Positions 38,115 through 52,300 of a stretch of 64,000 nucleotides of DNA are shown one piece after another. The stretch lies in contig OZ365113.1 of assembly GCA_977030845.1 (NCBI GenBank), positions 11,408,001-11,472,000 of the forward strand, read 5' to 3'. A program made the position numbers and the translations under genes. A model generated the notes under the pieces. The model had not been told where the DNA came from. It did not search any database and saw only the letters and a list, made by a program, of their open reading frames with translations. Position 1 is the first letter of the stretch. Each line of letters starts with the position of its first letter. This DNA is from Fimbriosthenelais zetlandica (taxonomy: Eukaryota).

Positions 38115-41081
38115 CTAATGAGAGAAAAGGCCCGTCAATAGGTACCGATGATTACGCCTTCTAATTAAAGTTAATAATCAAGCAAAATAATATGAAAATT
38201 CATTGATGTACCCAAAGTTTCAATATTTCCGATGGAGTCTCAGGAGTCTCCTGAATTATTTCCTTTCGGAGAGAGCGTGTACCGCTGTGGTGTGTTGTCT
38301 CTAATCAAACATCTTTGCAGGGATCGCAGTTGAAGCTGTCATTTCAGATAATGAACAGGTCTCTGTCTCAACAACATGGGGCTGATCATAATGATTGTGT
38401 TAGTGTAGCCACCATTAGGTACTACAAGCACAGGCACTAATTAGCACACTCAATCAGGCTGTGATGAGCAAACGTCTTATTCAATCCTCAAAGATTGGCT
38501 GCAGGCGATTTTCTCATATGTGACCACTGAATCGTCACAGATGAGTGTGGGAATATTATTATCGAGGAACAGTGGCAAAAAAGGATTTGTAGAACCGAAT
38601 GAAAAAAAAGATATAGCAAATAATATAAGAAAAGTTTTTAAAAAATAGCAAAATGATGTATATATATTGATCATAATTCATGCAGGCAAATTAAAATTCA
38701 AAGGACATACTGTTCATTTGTACATACTATTTGAATTCTTGTTTGCCTTAGGTACTCTATCCATTTCTCTGTTGCTTCAAATTCATTGCAGTGTTTTAAT
38801 TCATTGGCCGTGTGGGACTCGTAGCCTATGACACAGAGCACATCAGTTTTAAGGAAAGCCCAATGGAAACGAGCTCTCTATTTCCATACAAAACAGATGA
38901 GGTTGGCCTTCCTATTGGGAAGCAATTTGCATATGTCACAAGGGAGACACTGTATGCTTTGTAATAAAAGCTGAGCATGACCGAAACAGACAATTGCAAT
39001 AGCAATTGTCCTCTGTGGTAAAATATATATGGTGTGTCATAGCCCCTATAGCCTTGTATACAAGGGAAGATTGATTCTCTAGACTTTGTTTGATGCAATT
39101 TCCTGTAACAAATGGTCTCAATTAGTGTTTTTGTTATTTTCAATTGTTCTCTTGACTGTCCATGCACTCTTGAAGTAGGCTATAGATTCACTTCAGTGAG
39201 ACACCATCCGTTCTCTAGATTCTAGGCCAGAAGATGAAACAAAAACTATCTATGTCAGCACTCAGGTTTAGTGAAAACCAGATTTATCATTCCACAGCAG
39301 TATATCCAAGTCGTGCTCTTGACTGAGTATCCGGCTGCGGAAAAAGCCAATTTGCGAAAGAGATTTGTCCATGTTAATATTACAGCCGTGGAAGAGGCCT
39401 CTGCTTTTGCTGCTGTTGATATTGCCATGCCTCATTGCTGTAAATTACACCCTGGTCTGGCTGGTCACCAGGAAATAATGGCGGGAGATACAATCTGGAG
39501 GTCTCTCTCTCTATGTGGCACTAAACATTGAGCATCAATTGGACAGTCTGGATGGGGTGGGTTTCCAGTTCTTTAGGTGCAATGGTATGTGTAGAAAACG
39601 TCCCATCCCTGAGTACTGTGGACATGTTATAATCGATCCATAAATGCATCGCTGGTTCATCGTAAAAAAAATATTAAAATTCGGTACCAACAAAGTAGAA
39701 ATGTGCAAAAGGCCATATTCAAGACAAAATAATTCTGAAGGCGTGCATATATGTAGTCCAGAGAATGATCGAGTGAAGGAGGAAAGAGAGGTGAGGTTCT
39801 GTTTTGGTTTAAATAAAATAAGGAGACAGGAAGAGTATACATGTGAGCCATATAGGCACGGTAGAAGTCTATAGGGGGATATGTACCCTGCCTTCAGCCC
39901 TCTCGCCACCAATATAAGATGCATGATTGATGTCTTGCGAGACTTGCAAACAGTTCCGATAAATTGGGTGCATCTGAAGCATTATCAGCTTGAACATAAA
40001 TATGCCACACCCTGAATGAATAATATATCATTGAGATAGTAGTACTGTAAATGGACACGAAAACACCCCATGTAGCTTAAAACGTACTGGGAGAAAATGA
40101 ATCAACATTTATAATTTCTCACCGCTTCAAGATTGTGCAGGAAAATTAATGACGTGTTTCGCAGATAAAAGGAAATGTGTCCTGTAACTAAAGAAATTCT
40201 AGATTTTTCTATTCTTTGCAAGTTGTATAGCAAGATTAATCCATCGAGCTATTGCTCTGGAACAAATCCACTTGGACCATTGTAGAGCACCCGAGTATAC
40301 TATCAATCCAGAAATTCAGGCGCTCTTCTCCCCTGGAATACCATGACTCTAGGGACATTCCTTTCATTTCACCCAAAGAGTTTGCATGAAGCAGGGCTGG
40401 GAAATACGACCGGAAGTGGGGTTGCTTTCTCTCCTGCATGGAAGAAGACCCATTGTTAACGGTAACAAGCCTCATTGACAAACCAAGATGGCATCCCAAA
40501 GGAAGTGCGTGACAGTGACTTTGCATGTTTTGTGAAGACCTGCTTGGCTATGTTGGTTAGTCCGGGAAATGGAAAACTGATGATCTTTTATCCCCCCAGA
40601 TGTAAACATTATTCTAGACTCGGCAAGCAAGCAGCAGCAAATGCATTAACATACCACCATCACTATTGAAAATGAGATTTTCAGTTCAATGCTTTCTGGC
40701 TTGTTTATTGCTATATGAAACCTTATTGAAGCTGCCATGTCACCTACAATGCTGTTCACTACGAGTCCATCAAATATATGTTTTTTCTCGATTGCTTTCA
40801 AACAATCACCAACATGATGAATTGTCATCTCTGGCTTGTCACATGAAATGGGTTTTTGTAGATGATTCACTTGGCCCTAGATTTATTATCAGGCTTGAAT
40901 AATAATTATATTAATTTAAATTGTACTTCCCCTAGCCTACACAGACAAAGACATCATGAAGATTCATATGGTATGGTTTCTTGGGGATAAAAATCAATAT
41001 AGGATAAACATACTAATAGGCCGACTAATATATACTTAAATACTAATACTAAGCTCATCTTTTTGAAAAAATTGTCCAATG

Positions 41082-41258
41082 TGGCTTCTCTAGAATTGTA
41101 AGTAGTTTTCCCACTGGCTTCCGATTATTACTGACAGTCTAATATGGCTTCTCCTGTACTTCTCCTCTCGGACCTGTGGCTTCCCTATCAGCTTCTATAT
41201 GGCTTCCCTACTGCATCCCCTTTGGCTTCATTATCAGCAGGAAGACCCAGGTGGCTTC
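41082..41258. repeat. Array of seven TGGCTTC heptamers with variable spacers
   Basis: Copies start at 41082, 41115, 41145, 41177, 41200, 41223 and 41252 (periods 33, 30, 32, 23, 23, 29), plus a variant CAGCTTC at 41189. Confidence 0.85.
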
Positions 41259-42818
41259 ACTCTCAATAACCACAGTCAATATTCAGCGGTGACTCCAGAT
41301 CTACACCAGATTCACGTGGCCTGACTTGAGATTACATATTAAAACACAGTCAATTGCTTGCCTCTTGGGAGAATGCAAGCAGCATATCAAATCAGGCCTC
41401 CACTGCTCCAACATATTGGATTATAATAATGATGCACTGGCTGTCGGTGCTGCTGCTACTGGCAAGCCACAGCTTTATTTAGGCGACTGTCCAGTCCAGC
41501 TTTCACTGGGTGTGAACCTTGGCAAAGGTCAGCAGAACAAACACAAATGAGGACCTTAGTTGTAAGGCCAATGCAATGTAGATTGTGAAACACCTAGAGA
41601 AAGGGCCAATGCATAACGAAGTGTGCCTGGAACAAAGAGCAGAATGATTCATAATTGAACAGGTCCAGGCAAGGACAATGCCAGGCGAGAAAGCTGCTGC
41701 GAGTGATTAGGGAGCTGGCTAAATCCCTTATGGCCGCCTATGGATCCAGCATTATTAGAGCCTGGATATCTTAGTTTCTTTGCTGCGTGCCTGATTTATT
41801 CAGGGGATGTTTCTTCAGAGCACATACACTCTGTCATCCCATACTGACCCCTTCTCACTGTCCCCTCTCTCTACTCAAGCTTTCATTAATATATTGATGG
41901 GAGTGTCAATATAGCCATGTCCTGGCCTCTACCACTCCTGTTTGTCATATTGATTTGCCTGCAATCAAAATGCGGCCACAGGGACGGTGGTATGCCCTGC
42001 ATATATATGTTATATAAGATATAGTGTTGGTTACAATTATTGTACGGAGAGGGTTAAATATAACCAATACTCGTTGATTTAACTAAGCAACCTTCCAGAG
42101 GATTTATATGTTCCACGGCATTTACATCAATATTCAGCTAACAGTTCTACCCTTGCAATTTTGATTGTGCCTATTAGTATGTATAAACAGAGGATATTGA
42201 AGAGATGATAAGAGATTTGGGATTGGTGAGGCAATTATAATTACCTGGTTATTTGATCAGCTGGAATTTTCTCCGCTATATCATCCTTAAAGTTGAAGCA
42301 ACTGCAAGTCCCTTCCTCTTTCGACATCACTCAAACATTGGATTTTTTGTAATGCAATAAATAGTCTTGAACATCAAAGACTCGGAGTGAGGAAGACATA
42401 CTTGATCCTCTTCCTCACTTGCCATGACTGGCTTCAGCACTTGAACGTGTGGCCAGGCGTTTTGGCATCGATCCCTCCATGTGCACCAATCCCTCATATA
42501 TCACTACTAGAGTGCACACTGACAGTGCCTTTTATTCCATTTCCGGGGCTCATTTCCACCGCCCGAAAGTAATACCTATAGCCATGGATGATTGGACATG
42601 AGCATGGCCTGGGCCCATGCTGTGTAAATGCCACATGCTATTTTTTGCATGTATCATATTTCGCTGTAGTTCTTATTAGCACGTGTACCCAGACTATAGG
42701 TGATTATGTCAGAATTTCCTTTTTCAATTTCTACTAGCCTACAATTGCAATGTCCCAAGCTGCTATACTGCAATTGTAGTTGCAATTTTCGATATAGTCT
42801 TAAACATCATCAGTCAAC

Positions 42819-42886
42819 CATGTTATCAGACCTGTCTTAGCTTGCCACTTCTAAATTCTTCAATCGAACAGGTTCAAAGGATTGCA
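42819..42886 (+). mobile_element. CR1/L2-type LINE RT C-terminal remnant
   Basis: HVIRPVL (42819-42839), then in another frame IEQVQRIA (42863-42886), resembling L(V/I)RP.LEY...IE.VQRRA with shortened spacing. Confidence 0.3.
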
Positions 42887-43352
42887 ATTTGTGTTCCTTT
42901 GGCTCCTACCACAAAGTGGTCGGGCGCTCATATAAGCCGCATGGACAATGACTTCTGCTTCAGAACTGGAGCCTGCCATATGTCTTTGACTGGGGGAAAA
43001 TCCAGACTCCAATTGCTTTGGTTATGCATATAATATGTATCTGTAGACGCACAGCATTCCGGTACAGTTGGCAGAGCATCGTTTCAACAGTTGCCACGAC
43101 TACAACTGCTGCTCTTGTTAATATGACATTGATGGTTTTGGTGGCACAGCTCAGGGAACAGATTGCTCAATATATCTTCCCTTCCTGACAGTGCTACTCA
43201 CCTAACATTGCTTCGTGCATAAGCTAAATAAATATATATAAACATTTTATAGGGCTTTGACCATCCTCTGGTTCTTCTGAAAGAAATTATTTGATATCAC
43301 CCTCTTGCCTTCGTATTAAAACTCAAGTAATGATCTCCTTAAAATACAACTC

Positions 43353-43538
43353 CCCCTGAATGTCACCCCTTTGATGGCGAATGCTCAGACAGTGTATTTT
43401 CCCATAGACTTGATTGTTTTCCTTATAAAAGAAAGCTTCAAATGTATATAAACCAGTTTGTACAACACGTACTCCAACTCTTTGACACGTACTGTAGAAA
43501 GTATAAAAGCTGGGGTTCAAATCGACGAAGTTGAGAAA
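43353..43538 (-). mobile_element. LINE RT remnant (KAFD-like to QG-like interval)
   Basis: ORF 43323..43547: FLNFVDLNPSFYT...RVGV...GLY...QVYGKIHCLSIRHQRGDIQG resembles L.+D+.KAFD...L...G...LY....V.NG.....I.RG+RQG at about the expected spacing. Confidence 0.3.
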
Positions 43539-46500
43539 AGTTTTCACTGTTGATTGATTGTAATTACATGATGATTATGTTAAGGTATAGCAGATACTTT
43601 TAGCAAATATTCCATTGTTTATGTAATCTGGACTCCCTCCTAGAAATAGAAATATAACTCTAGAGCTCTGCTCTATAAGGATCTGAGCAGAGAGCTTTTT
43701 TTTCTCGAGTGCTGCACATGCAGTCTGCCAAAACAATCATCTTCCCTCCAAAGACTGGCTCTAATGATGCTTTATTTCCTGTCCAGATTATGCTTGGAGG
43801 GCTTGCACTGGAAATGCTTTAAGCCAGGCTTCTCGTTTTATCTGGGGAGTCCTGCTATAGATTTCACACTCGCTAATGATGTATGGTTAGGCATCTTATC
43901 TGAATGTTAAAACGGCTAACAGCTATTAAATGGCCCAGTAAATAGATATTGAGCACCAAGGTAAATGGTCTGAGAAGGCCATTTCCAGCACATTATGACG
44001 GGGTAGAGGGAGCTCATATGGGAAAAGTCATTATAATAATACCACATCCTTGCCTCATGCATGGTTAAATTTGCCTTGAGGATATTGGACATGTTGGGTT
44101 CCATATTTATTTCAGGGTGTGGCATAGCATTTTAGTAGTATGTGCCATATATATTATGAACTACTAGGCCCCGACTGGCCACAGACTAATTGAAACAGGC
44201 CGGAAGTCAGTAGGCCCTGAGCTAATGGGACAAGACGCCCTGATGGATAGAAAGCTTCTGATAGGCCAACACAGGCCACGTGATCTAGGGTGAACCCATT
44301 GGCCAGCTGAGGCCATGTATCTTCTGTAAGGTAACATAAATGATCACACAAAAGGCCTTCCTTGCCTTACCAACTCCTTTCATCATGGTCCTGTACATCA
44401 TGTTGATAATATTTTTGTATAAATATTTCGGTCTGCTTGTTACAGGGACACAAATATCTTACCTAAGTGTGTTGGTATAATACTTGATGTACATATGCCC
44501 TGTTCTAAAACACTACGCTACAAGCCCTCGGGTTGCACCCCTTTGCTTGTCGTTGGTTCTGTCCTGTACTGTGGCTGTAAATTTCAGGAGCCTTTAGACA
44601 CCATTTTGTAACTTTCCTGGAATGCTCCATAAGAGGACCCTCAGCCCTTACGAAACTAACCTGGTTAATGGACTTGACCTTTATCTTAGAGAGAAGAGAG
44701 ACTGGCCGTCATATCCATTCTCGTCTAATGGTCGCCTCTCTGTCCTTCCAGTATTATTTAACCGGAGTATAACTAACCAAGAGGAATATTAACTTCTGGA
44801 GTAACCAAAACCAGCCCCTGACAAATCCTACGGTCAAACACTGTTGACAATTGATTCATTTCGGTGACATTCATGTGTTTACAGTGTGTGTAAATGTCAA
44901 TGTTGCATATTTATCCTCCCCTTTTACATGGCCACTTACGCCATGGACAAGAGTGAGAGTTATGGTGAGTGCCCCAGGCAGGCACCTAGCATTACCAGGG
45001 TAGAGCAGAATGATTAATGAAATGAGTTAGTCCATATGATATCACACATGACTAATGTAATTGAGGGCCCGTATTTCGGATCTAAGTAGCTTTCTGGCAT
45101 GGACTTTTAGAGTTGTAAAGTTGAAATATTCACCTTATCCGGTTTTACTTGAGCCATTTTTAAAAGGGTTAGGGGTTTGACTGCATTCATCATACCTATT
45201 TTGCATCTTAAGTAGTGGACTTGGATAAAATAATTGTTCAGCGTGCATTATCGGCATACGTATTAATTATTGTGTCTGATGATAAAGGCATTATACTGAT
45301 GGAGGGTTGATTAACCATGTCTCTTGGCATTAGGTTCTTGATGCTTGTATTTGTCTCCTTTTAGACTTTTAGACATTTTGAGCACTACCTCAGATCTGTC
45401 AGCCTCATACTACGCTTACCTCAGTGATAATATATTCCCCTTCTCTGCCAAACCAGGTGTTTCTTATATTAAGATCAATGGCAAGTCTCTTTGGACCTGT
45501 GAGTAGCGTGGGCGGGAGGATTGTTCTCCCAGCTTCGTGGAGGGCATTGGCAATCTTAGGTTGTGTCTTTACCGCCGGTATGAAAATCAATAATGCCCCT
45601 GGATTCGAAGCCCGGCTCTTTTCAATCGCCGCTGCTAGGTCATCTAGCTAAATTGTTGTTTGTGGCTGTTTGTGGGCCTGTCCATTTCTCTAAAATATGT
45701 CTTGCCTTATGCCTCTGCTTTGTAAACAGGAGAAAACTGTTCCCAAGTCAATGAACTTTAGTTGGAGGAAAATATATTTGCCATCAGAGGTTTTGACCAA
45801 ACTGGGCTTTTTCATGAATAAAGGTGAACCACATCCGTCCATGTTAAGTAATATGGGACAGGGTTAATGTAGGCCGTCACCCTTCTGATACAGGCATCAT
45901 CCTATTGGTATCTCTATAAATATACTGTAACCCAAAATGGAGCAGGAACCTGACCTTTGTTCTGATTGTTTTTAAATGTCAATAATTAACAAGACATATC
46001 ATAAACATCTTTGCTGTTTAGTTTTCTGGGGAACACAAAGCCGAGTCTGCACGTCTGCTGTTCATTCCTTTCTCACTTTGAATTTCAGAAGAGATCTAAG
46101 ACTTTGGGAAAGCAGGTGTTGACTTGGGGGAGTCTACATGGGGTCTCTGACATTTACAAAATAAAATGGCGGAGACCATCACAGATTAGAGATTCAGTTG
46201 TCTGACCTTTGGCATTCAATGGATCAAAATTCGTATCGTTATGTCAAGTGCCATCTGGTCAGTACTTAACTTCCGGTTTCAAGAAATAATAGCAAGGCAT
46301 AAAGCAAGTATTGTGTTCACATATTTAAACACATCTAACCAAAATCGAATCTTGTGACTGCAAGACTAGTAGACCAATTCTGTTTAAGGAGTAAGCACAA
46401 GACCTTACGTAGGTATATGCTGGGAGCCGGGCAAAAGCTCTGACTGTGTCAATGTCCTCTTGTTGGCATTTGCCTTAAAGAATCGATACAGCATCCCTAC

Positions 46501-48135
46501 CACTGTCCCAGCCAATTGTATTTGCTGGTCGCTTATTGCTACTATTAGAAGCGGTAGGGAACCAAGAACCAAGACTTCAAATGAGAATAGATGGGGACCC
46601 TGCTTGTATCCTTAAACCTGGTGCTATGTAGACCAACGTCTGGATATTTTTGTTGTAAATATGCCCACTATGTAAATGTTCTTTTATCTCGAGCTCGTTG
46701 TGAATATCAGACCAGAGCTAGAAAAGTATGTATGACATACAGACAGATATGTTATGCTCTTCATAGCCAGCATTATTTTATGTGGCAAATGGACAGCTTT
46801 TCATCCTGAAGCCGCCGTGTCAGCCATAATGCCTGTATCCATAACTGTAACACCCTCTGACAGTAGCAGATTTTATGACTGTATAAGTTAGTCCCTATTA
46901 TATGGCTATTCCCTTATATGGTGTATTGCTTCTGACAAGTCTGATTTTTACACTGCAAATGCAATCTGTTGTCATTGCCATTTATGGTTATACGTAGGAT
47001 TTCATGTCTAGCAGTTCATGCGCATAACATTGTCTTAGCTAAGAAAGAGGACCTTAGCTCTGCTCTTACTCAATTTACTTATGTGTAATACTAAACCTAA
47101 ACTGACAGTTCGGCTCGCAGTCACGAGGCATTTCGCTGCTGACTTTTGACATAAGCAAATTAAAGTAAGCTGGTAGCCGCTGACCTGGCTGGTCCATTCA
47201 TCAGACTTCAGTCCTTCATTGTATGCTTGTATCCAGGTAGAGGCGCCTAAATTTCATGGCCATCTACTCTGTACTAATACTCCTAACAGGGTTTGACTTT
47301 GTCTTAACGCATTATCAGCATACATACCATATATAACTTGCCATAAGGACATATCCCTCCGTAGATGCGAACAAACAAATTGCCATATGTTTCATTGGAT
47401 GTGCTCTTAAAGGGGCCATATGTTTTTTATTGAAGAACATTTTATTTACAACATAACACCATTCGGTCGTCCCTACCACCAGGTCTATATATCGTCTTCA
47501 TGTCCACATTTATCACGTACACAATTAGTTTAAACTGATTTTAGCAATACAGTTATGTAACTCATTGCTTTCTCTCTAAAACAAAATTTGCTTATTCGCT
47601 TTACGTGTCCGTTTAGTTTTGAATACAATAACCTAACCCTGTAGACGATATATACCATGTGTAGAGGGTCTTAGAATGGGAAAAGAAAATAAGCTTGAAA
47701 CAAGACTGTCTGGCCTTACTTTGTCTCCCTCCAGAATAGAAGATAATGTATGTTAGAGACGATTTGCTTTGGCCAGAACTAGATGTTGCCTTTAGCAGAG
47801 AGTCTATACTCGGCATTATAACACAGTCTGTGGAGCAGCAGTAGCAGCAGGACTAGGAGGCAGCAGACATCAGTGAAAATCCTCCATAAAGAAAGCAAAT
47901 CAGCATCAGCCTGCCTCCACAAGAATATACATAGAACTCATTATAGAACACCTAAACCCTTCCTCATCTGATATACAGTGGTATTCTTTTGCTGTACACT
48001 ATAGCCCAAGGAATTAAATTATAAATTATAATAGTGTTTATTATATGCCGACTGTTTAGAGGGATCGTCCTTTGGAAAATGATCTATATTCCCAGTGGAA
48101 TGAGATTATGACTACAACTACAATGCCCTTAAAAG

Positions 48136-48189
48136 GTGATGGACGGTAATAAACACACTGTTTATGTTGACCTAACAAAACGTCTTCAC
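48136..48189 (+). mobile_element. LINE RT remnant (DL.KAFD-like)
   Basis: VMDGNKHTVYVDLTKRLH resembles MD.GK.T..+F+DL.KAFD. Confidence 0.25.
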
Positions 48190-49209
48190 ATAGGGACTGT
48201 GTAATTAACCATGGGCCCGTGGACCTATTTTTTCGGATTTAAATGGAGAAATAAATCTTCAGCAGGCCTATTGCAATTATCTCACAGAAATGATGCAGGT
48301 TCTCTTGAAACTGTGTTTCTAATTCTGCTGGAAAGAAATACGCGCCTCATTAGCTCACAGCAGGCTTTTACTTGGAGTAATTATTTGAAAAGTTTCGAAC
48401 TTGAAAAGTCCTTTCATTATCCACATCCCGTTAGTTCCTTACCCAGAATGCTTGCAGATAGCTCAGGTGCAATATTTCATATCAATAGAAATTGATAAGG
48501 AGTATATTATCTAAGCTCATTCCTGTAGAATGTGTTTATGCTACTCCCTGCCCCCGGAGATAGAGTAAATCCACAAGGGATTTTATGTGAAACATGAATT
48601 AATCAACAGGCAAGCTTTACCTTTTTTCAAGTTCTCCTTTCCAATTTTCGAAATTTTGGTCTTGAAAGCATTTAAATTTTGATATTGACGTGCACGCTTC
48701 AAACATTAAGCTTTTGGAGTCAAGCTGGAGCAATTACCTGAAAACACACTATAGTCATGCCCATTCTCCCCATCCGTTGGGCTTTCTAAGTCAGTTTCCC
48801 ATCCTGCAATGAGCTGACAACACAGGAATCAATTATCAAATCGAGGCACGTGCTGGTACCATGGTTACCAAAACCAGTTACCTGAAGAAGTGACCGTATC
48901 GCCAACACCATCACCACGACACCCTTATTTTCCCCTTGGGCAAGTTTTGCTATTCACATGTGAACTGCAGGCCCTTTGCTGGAGGCTGAAACCCAGTGTC
49001 CTGAACTATCAATTGATCAAAACATTTGCCAAACCATTTTTCCAATCAACTCAATGAAATATTGGAGCGATTTAGAGTGAAAAGCCTTTATGAAAATATA
49101 CGACATGGGGATGAATTGATATTGATCTTAACGGTGCAATGTGACCTGAATTTCAGAGGGTTTTTGTCTTTTTAATGAGGCGAATTTCACAGAGATTGCT
49201 CCTTGCATC

Positions 49210-49320
49210 ATCCAGAATGTCCTGAATGGTAAGCTTCTGCGCTTTTATGATGAGGTCCTTTCCTTGCCAACGTTATTTGACAAAACACTCGGAACACTTG
49301 TATATGCAGAAGACCGCCTC
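49210..49320 (+). mobile_element. LINE RT remnant (VLSPxLF / YADD-like), collapsed
   Basis: Within a stop-free frame (49150-49332), IQNVLNGKLLRFYDEVLSLPTLFDKTLGTLVYAEDRL resembles V.NG..S..F...QG.VLSP.LF...L.YADD with shortened linkers. Confidence 0.25.
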
Positions 49321-52300
49321 AAAATTCAGCTCTAAGACCCCACGTCTATATGAATGAGCTGATTTAGTGAAGGAGAATCATATTATTGTAGTCCTATATA
49401 ATACGGTCAGAGGCACGAGACGTTTTAAAGTCTGTCAAACATATTCATTGTATCGAGGACATTGTGAATGAAACGGCAATAGAGCACTGTAATCCACAGC
49501 CGCTTGTGCGCCATTTTGACTTGGAGTCCTTCAGTGTTGCCTCGCGCATGTCCGGTGGTCACATGGTTGAATGAAGGCACTTCCGGAATATTAACATGCA
49601 CAGGTCTCACCAGCCCCTATTCCTGCCCTGCATAGTGGCCTATTTCTCTACTATAGCTACCTTATTGTATCACATTCTGATCCCATCGCCCGTACCAGCT
49701 GTTTCCCTCCCCTCTCCCATTCCCCTTCCTCCCTTATAGTTTATACTGTCTATAGGCCCACCTCCTTCAACCTTGCCCTTCCTGCCAGCTTTCATTCCCA
49801 CCACATTACTCTCCTCCTGACCTGCTTTCAGTCCCCTATTCTCCATACACCTACACTCTTGCCTAATGCCTTTCTACCATCAACCCTTTCTACCCTCTCT
49901 CGTCACCTTCCCCACTTCGTAATATCCATCATGCTCATGTCACCTCCCATATGCCCATTTGATAATGTAACTAGTATCTCTATATAAATACCAATGATAA
50001 CCTAGGAAACAGTACACTGTCTCTCGAAGACCCACATCTCTTAGGATATAAGACTGTAGGAGATAAATTGGGACATTATACCACCATGCAGGTGAAAAAC
50101 GTATATCCCACAGATTCTGATCGCTGCTGACATTCTGTAGAATGTTCGCCTTTCCATTATGATACATTAGCGCTAGGGAACCTTTATTTAGGATTGGTGC
50201 GTCCTAATAATAATTACTGGGTATTGTAGTAAAATAGTCAAACTTGCATATTAACTTGTATGTGGTTAAGTTATACCCATGTGGACTGTGCCTGTGCTGC
50301 TTTTGACGTACATCAATTCCCTAGCAATAGGCAATCTGACCTAAATACAATGGAGACAACTGCTCATGGGGCTTTAAAGGAAGGTTTTAGTACATGTTTC
50401 CTATACGGCAATCATAATAGGTAGCATATGAATTGAAAATAAAACATTCACTGGTCAGGAGACAATTTGGCCTCCCTCTAATAAAGTAGCGCATGGGCAC
50501 TTTGAAATTTACAACAAACCTCATGACATTATTTCAACATACATATAACTGAAAATACAAAGAACATTACAATTATAGGCACATATAAAATAACCTTTTA
50601 ATGAACCTCCTCCATTTTAAGATTTTTTCCACAGAGAAAAGAAAAGATGATTCTTTTTTTTAAACTAATCCCGAGTTCCATACTGCGTCCCACTAGAGTT
50701 AAAAGCATGCTAAGCCCGAATCAAAGTTTTTACCCCGTTGTTAAATCCGCTTCAACCAGAGTTGATCACTGTAGATCTTAACATCATGATGACTGCACCT
50801 TTTCCAATAGTACATCTTAAAATCTAGTAGTAAATTAGACTCCAGATACCAACCAGATTAGCTTCTATGTATGCCGTTGAATTCAAGCTAGAGCCCACCA
50901 AATGAATTTAGAATATCTATATAGATTTCTTCCCTTTTAAATACTGTTATTCTTACAAATCTGCCTCAAAATATGGCTATATCCATCTTCCAACTTTTCT
51001 TTGTTTCATCAACTGATCGTTTTCTCAATTAATACCCCGATTACATATATAACTTTTCATGCTTCTGTCTCTTCCTTCAACTCAACTTATGTGCCAAGGC
51101 CTTCGGAGTATGTAGCTATTTTCTTGTCATTTCTAATTTATCCTATTCCATTCTCTTCTTACAAATATGAATCTCTTTAATTTGAACCCCTAAATCACCC
51201 TGTGAGGGTTGAAGATAACAATTATTTAAACGAGTGTTACATTTCCATGAAATAATAAACAATGTTTATTTTCTTTTGAAACTGAGGTTCAATGCTTGTG
51301 GCATGTGTACAAAAAAATAATTGACAGGGGCATGTTTTTCTCACGGGCCTTTAACTGCCTATAATTATGAAGCCATCTCGAGATCACTATTCAATATGTT
51401 CAGTTGTGGCTGTTATAATCAAAATAAAAGGCCGTATTTAGCTTCAGAGCATTCCCCGAAAGAAATCCAGTTCACATAGCAAGCATTTCGCATACGGATT
51501 TCGGGCTGAGACCCTTAAAGCTGATCAACAGTTTAGTCATTATTTCTGATCTGAAATTACAGATAATTTTAATACAGACAAACAAAATTGCCTCGTGGAA
51601 TTTCTCATAGTAGTCAGTTCTAAATTGAATAAATCAAATCGCAGAAATTTGGACTTATTGGAATTACTGGAAACTCAGATGTTATTATTATTTAGCTAAA
51701 TATCATATCCCGAGATTTTGAACAGTTTGCTAATTTGCCTTTTGTGGAAATCTGACCTAATCATTTTAGTGATTAAACTTTATCATTGCTATCATTAGGT
51801 TATGGTTGTGCAGATAATGCCTTATCTAACTTTGTAGTAGGAGTGGTTTGTATAATATTAGTCCTAAGGTGTGTGGGTACTTTGTATATAACTCATGAGT
51901 TGCTCCCTGAAGTAACCCGGGCTCAGTGCCGCCATCTAGAGTTTTAAGCAGCACTCTCACGTACGGTTCTCGCCAGTCCTTCACTACTGGTGAGCTCCAG
52001 ACCTCGGTTTGCAGGTTTCATTTTACCACTAACAGCGATGCTTTTAAATTTAGTCTCTTTTCTCATTTTACTCTCAAGAACCGTCTCAATTTGCATTATT
52101 TGAAAATCTGGCGTGCATTTAAAACTTTTATCTTTTCTAATTCTCTTAATCTATTACCTTTATGCATTATTGAACACGATGAAAATGACTTATGTTACTT
52201 TACCATGTTAAAATGTGGTGATTCTCCTAACTAGTAGATCGAAGTTAATCATTAATATCTATAAAAAGCATTATCTTGAGATAGTCATTAACGAACTTGA

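Noticed and set aside
50103-50115. 13-mer ATATCCCACAGAT shared with the 43-bp array junction
   Set aside because: Short enough to be chance; no extension.
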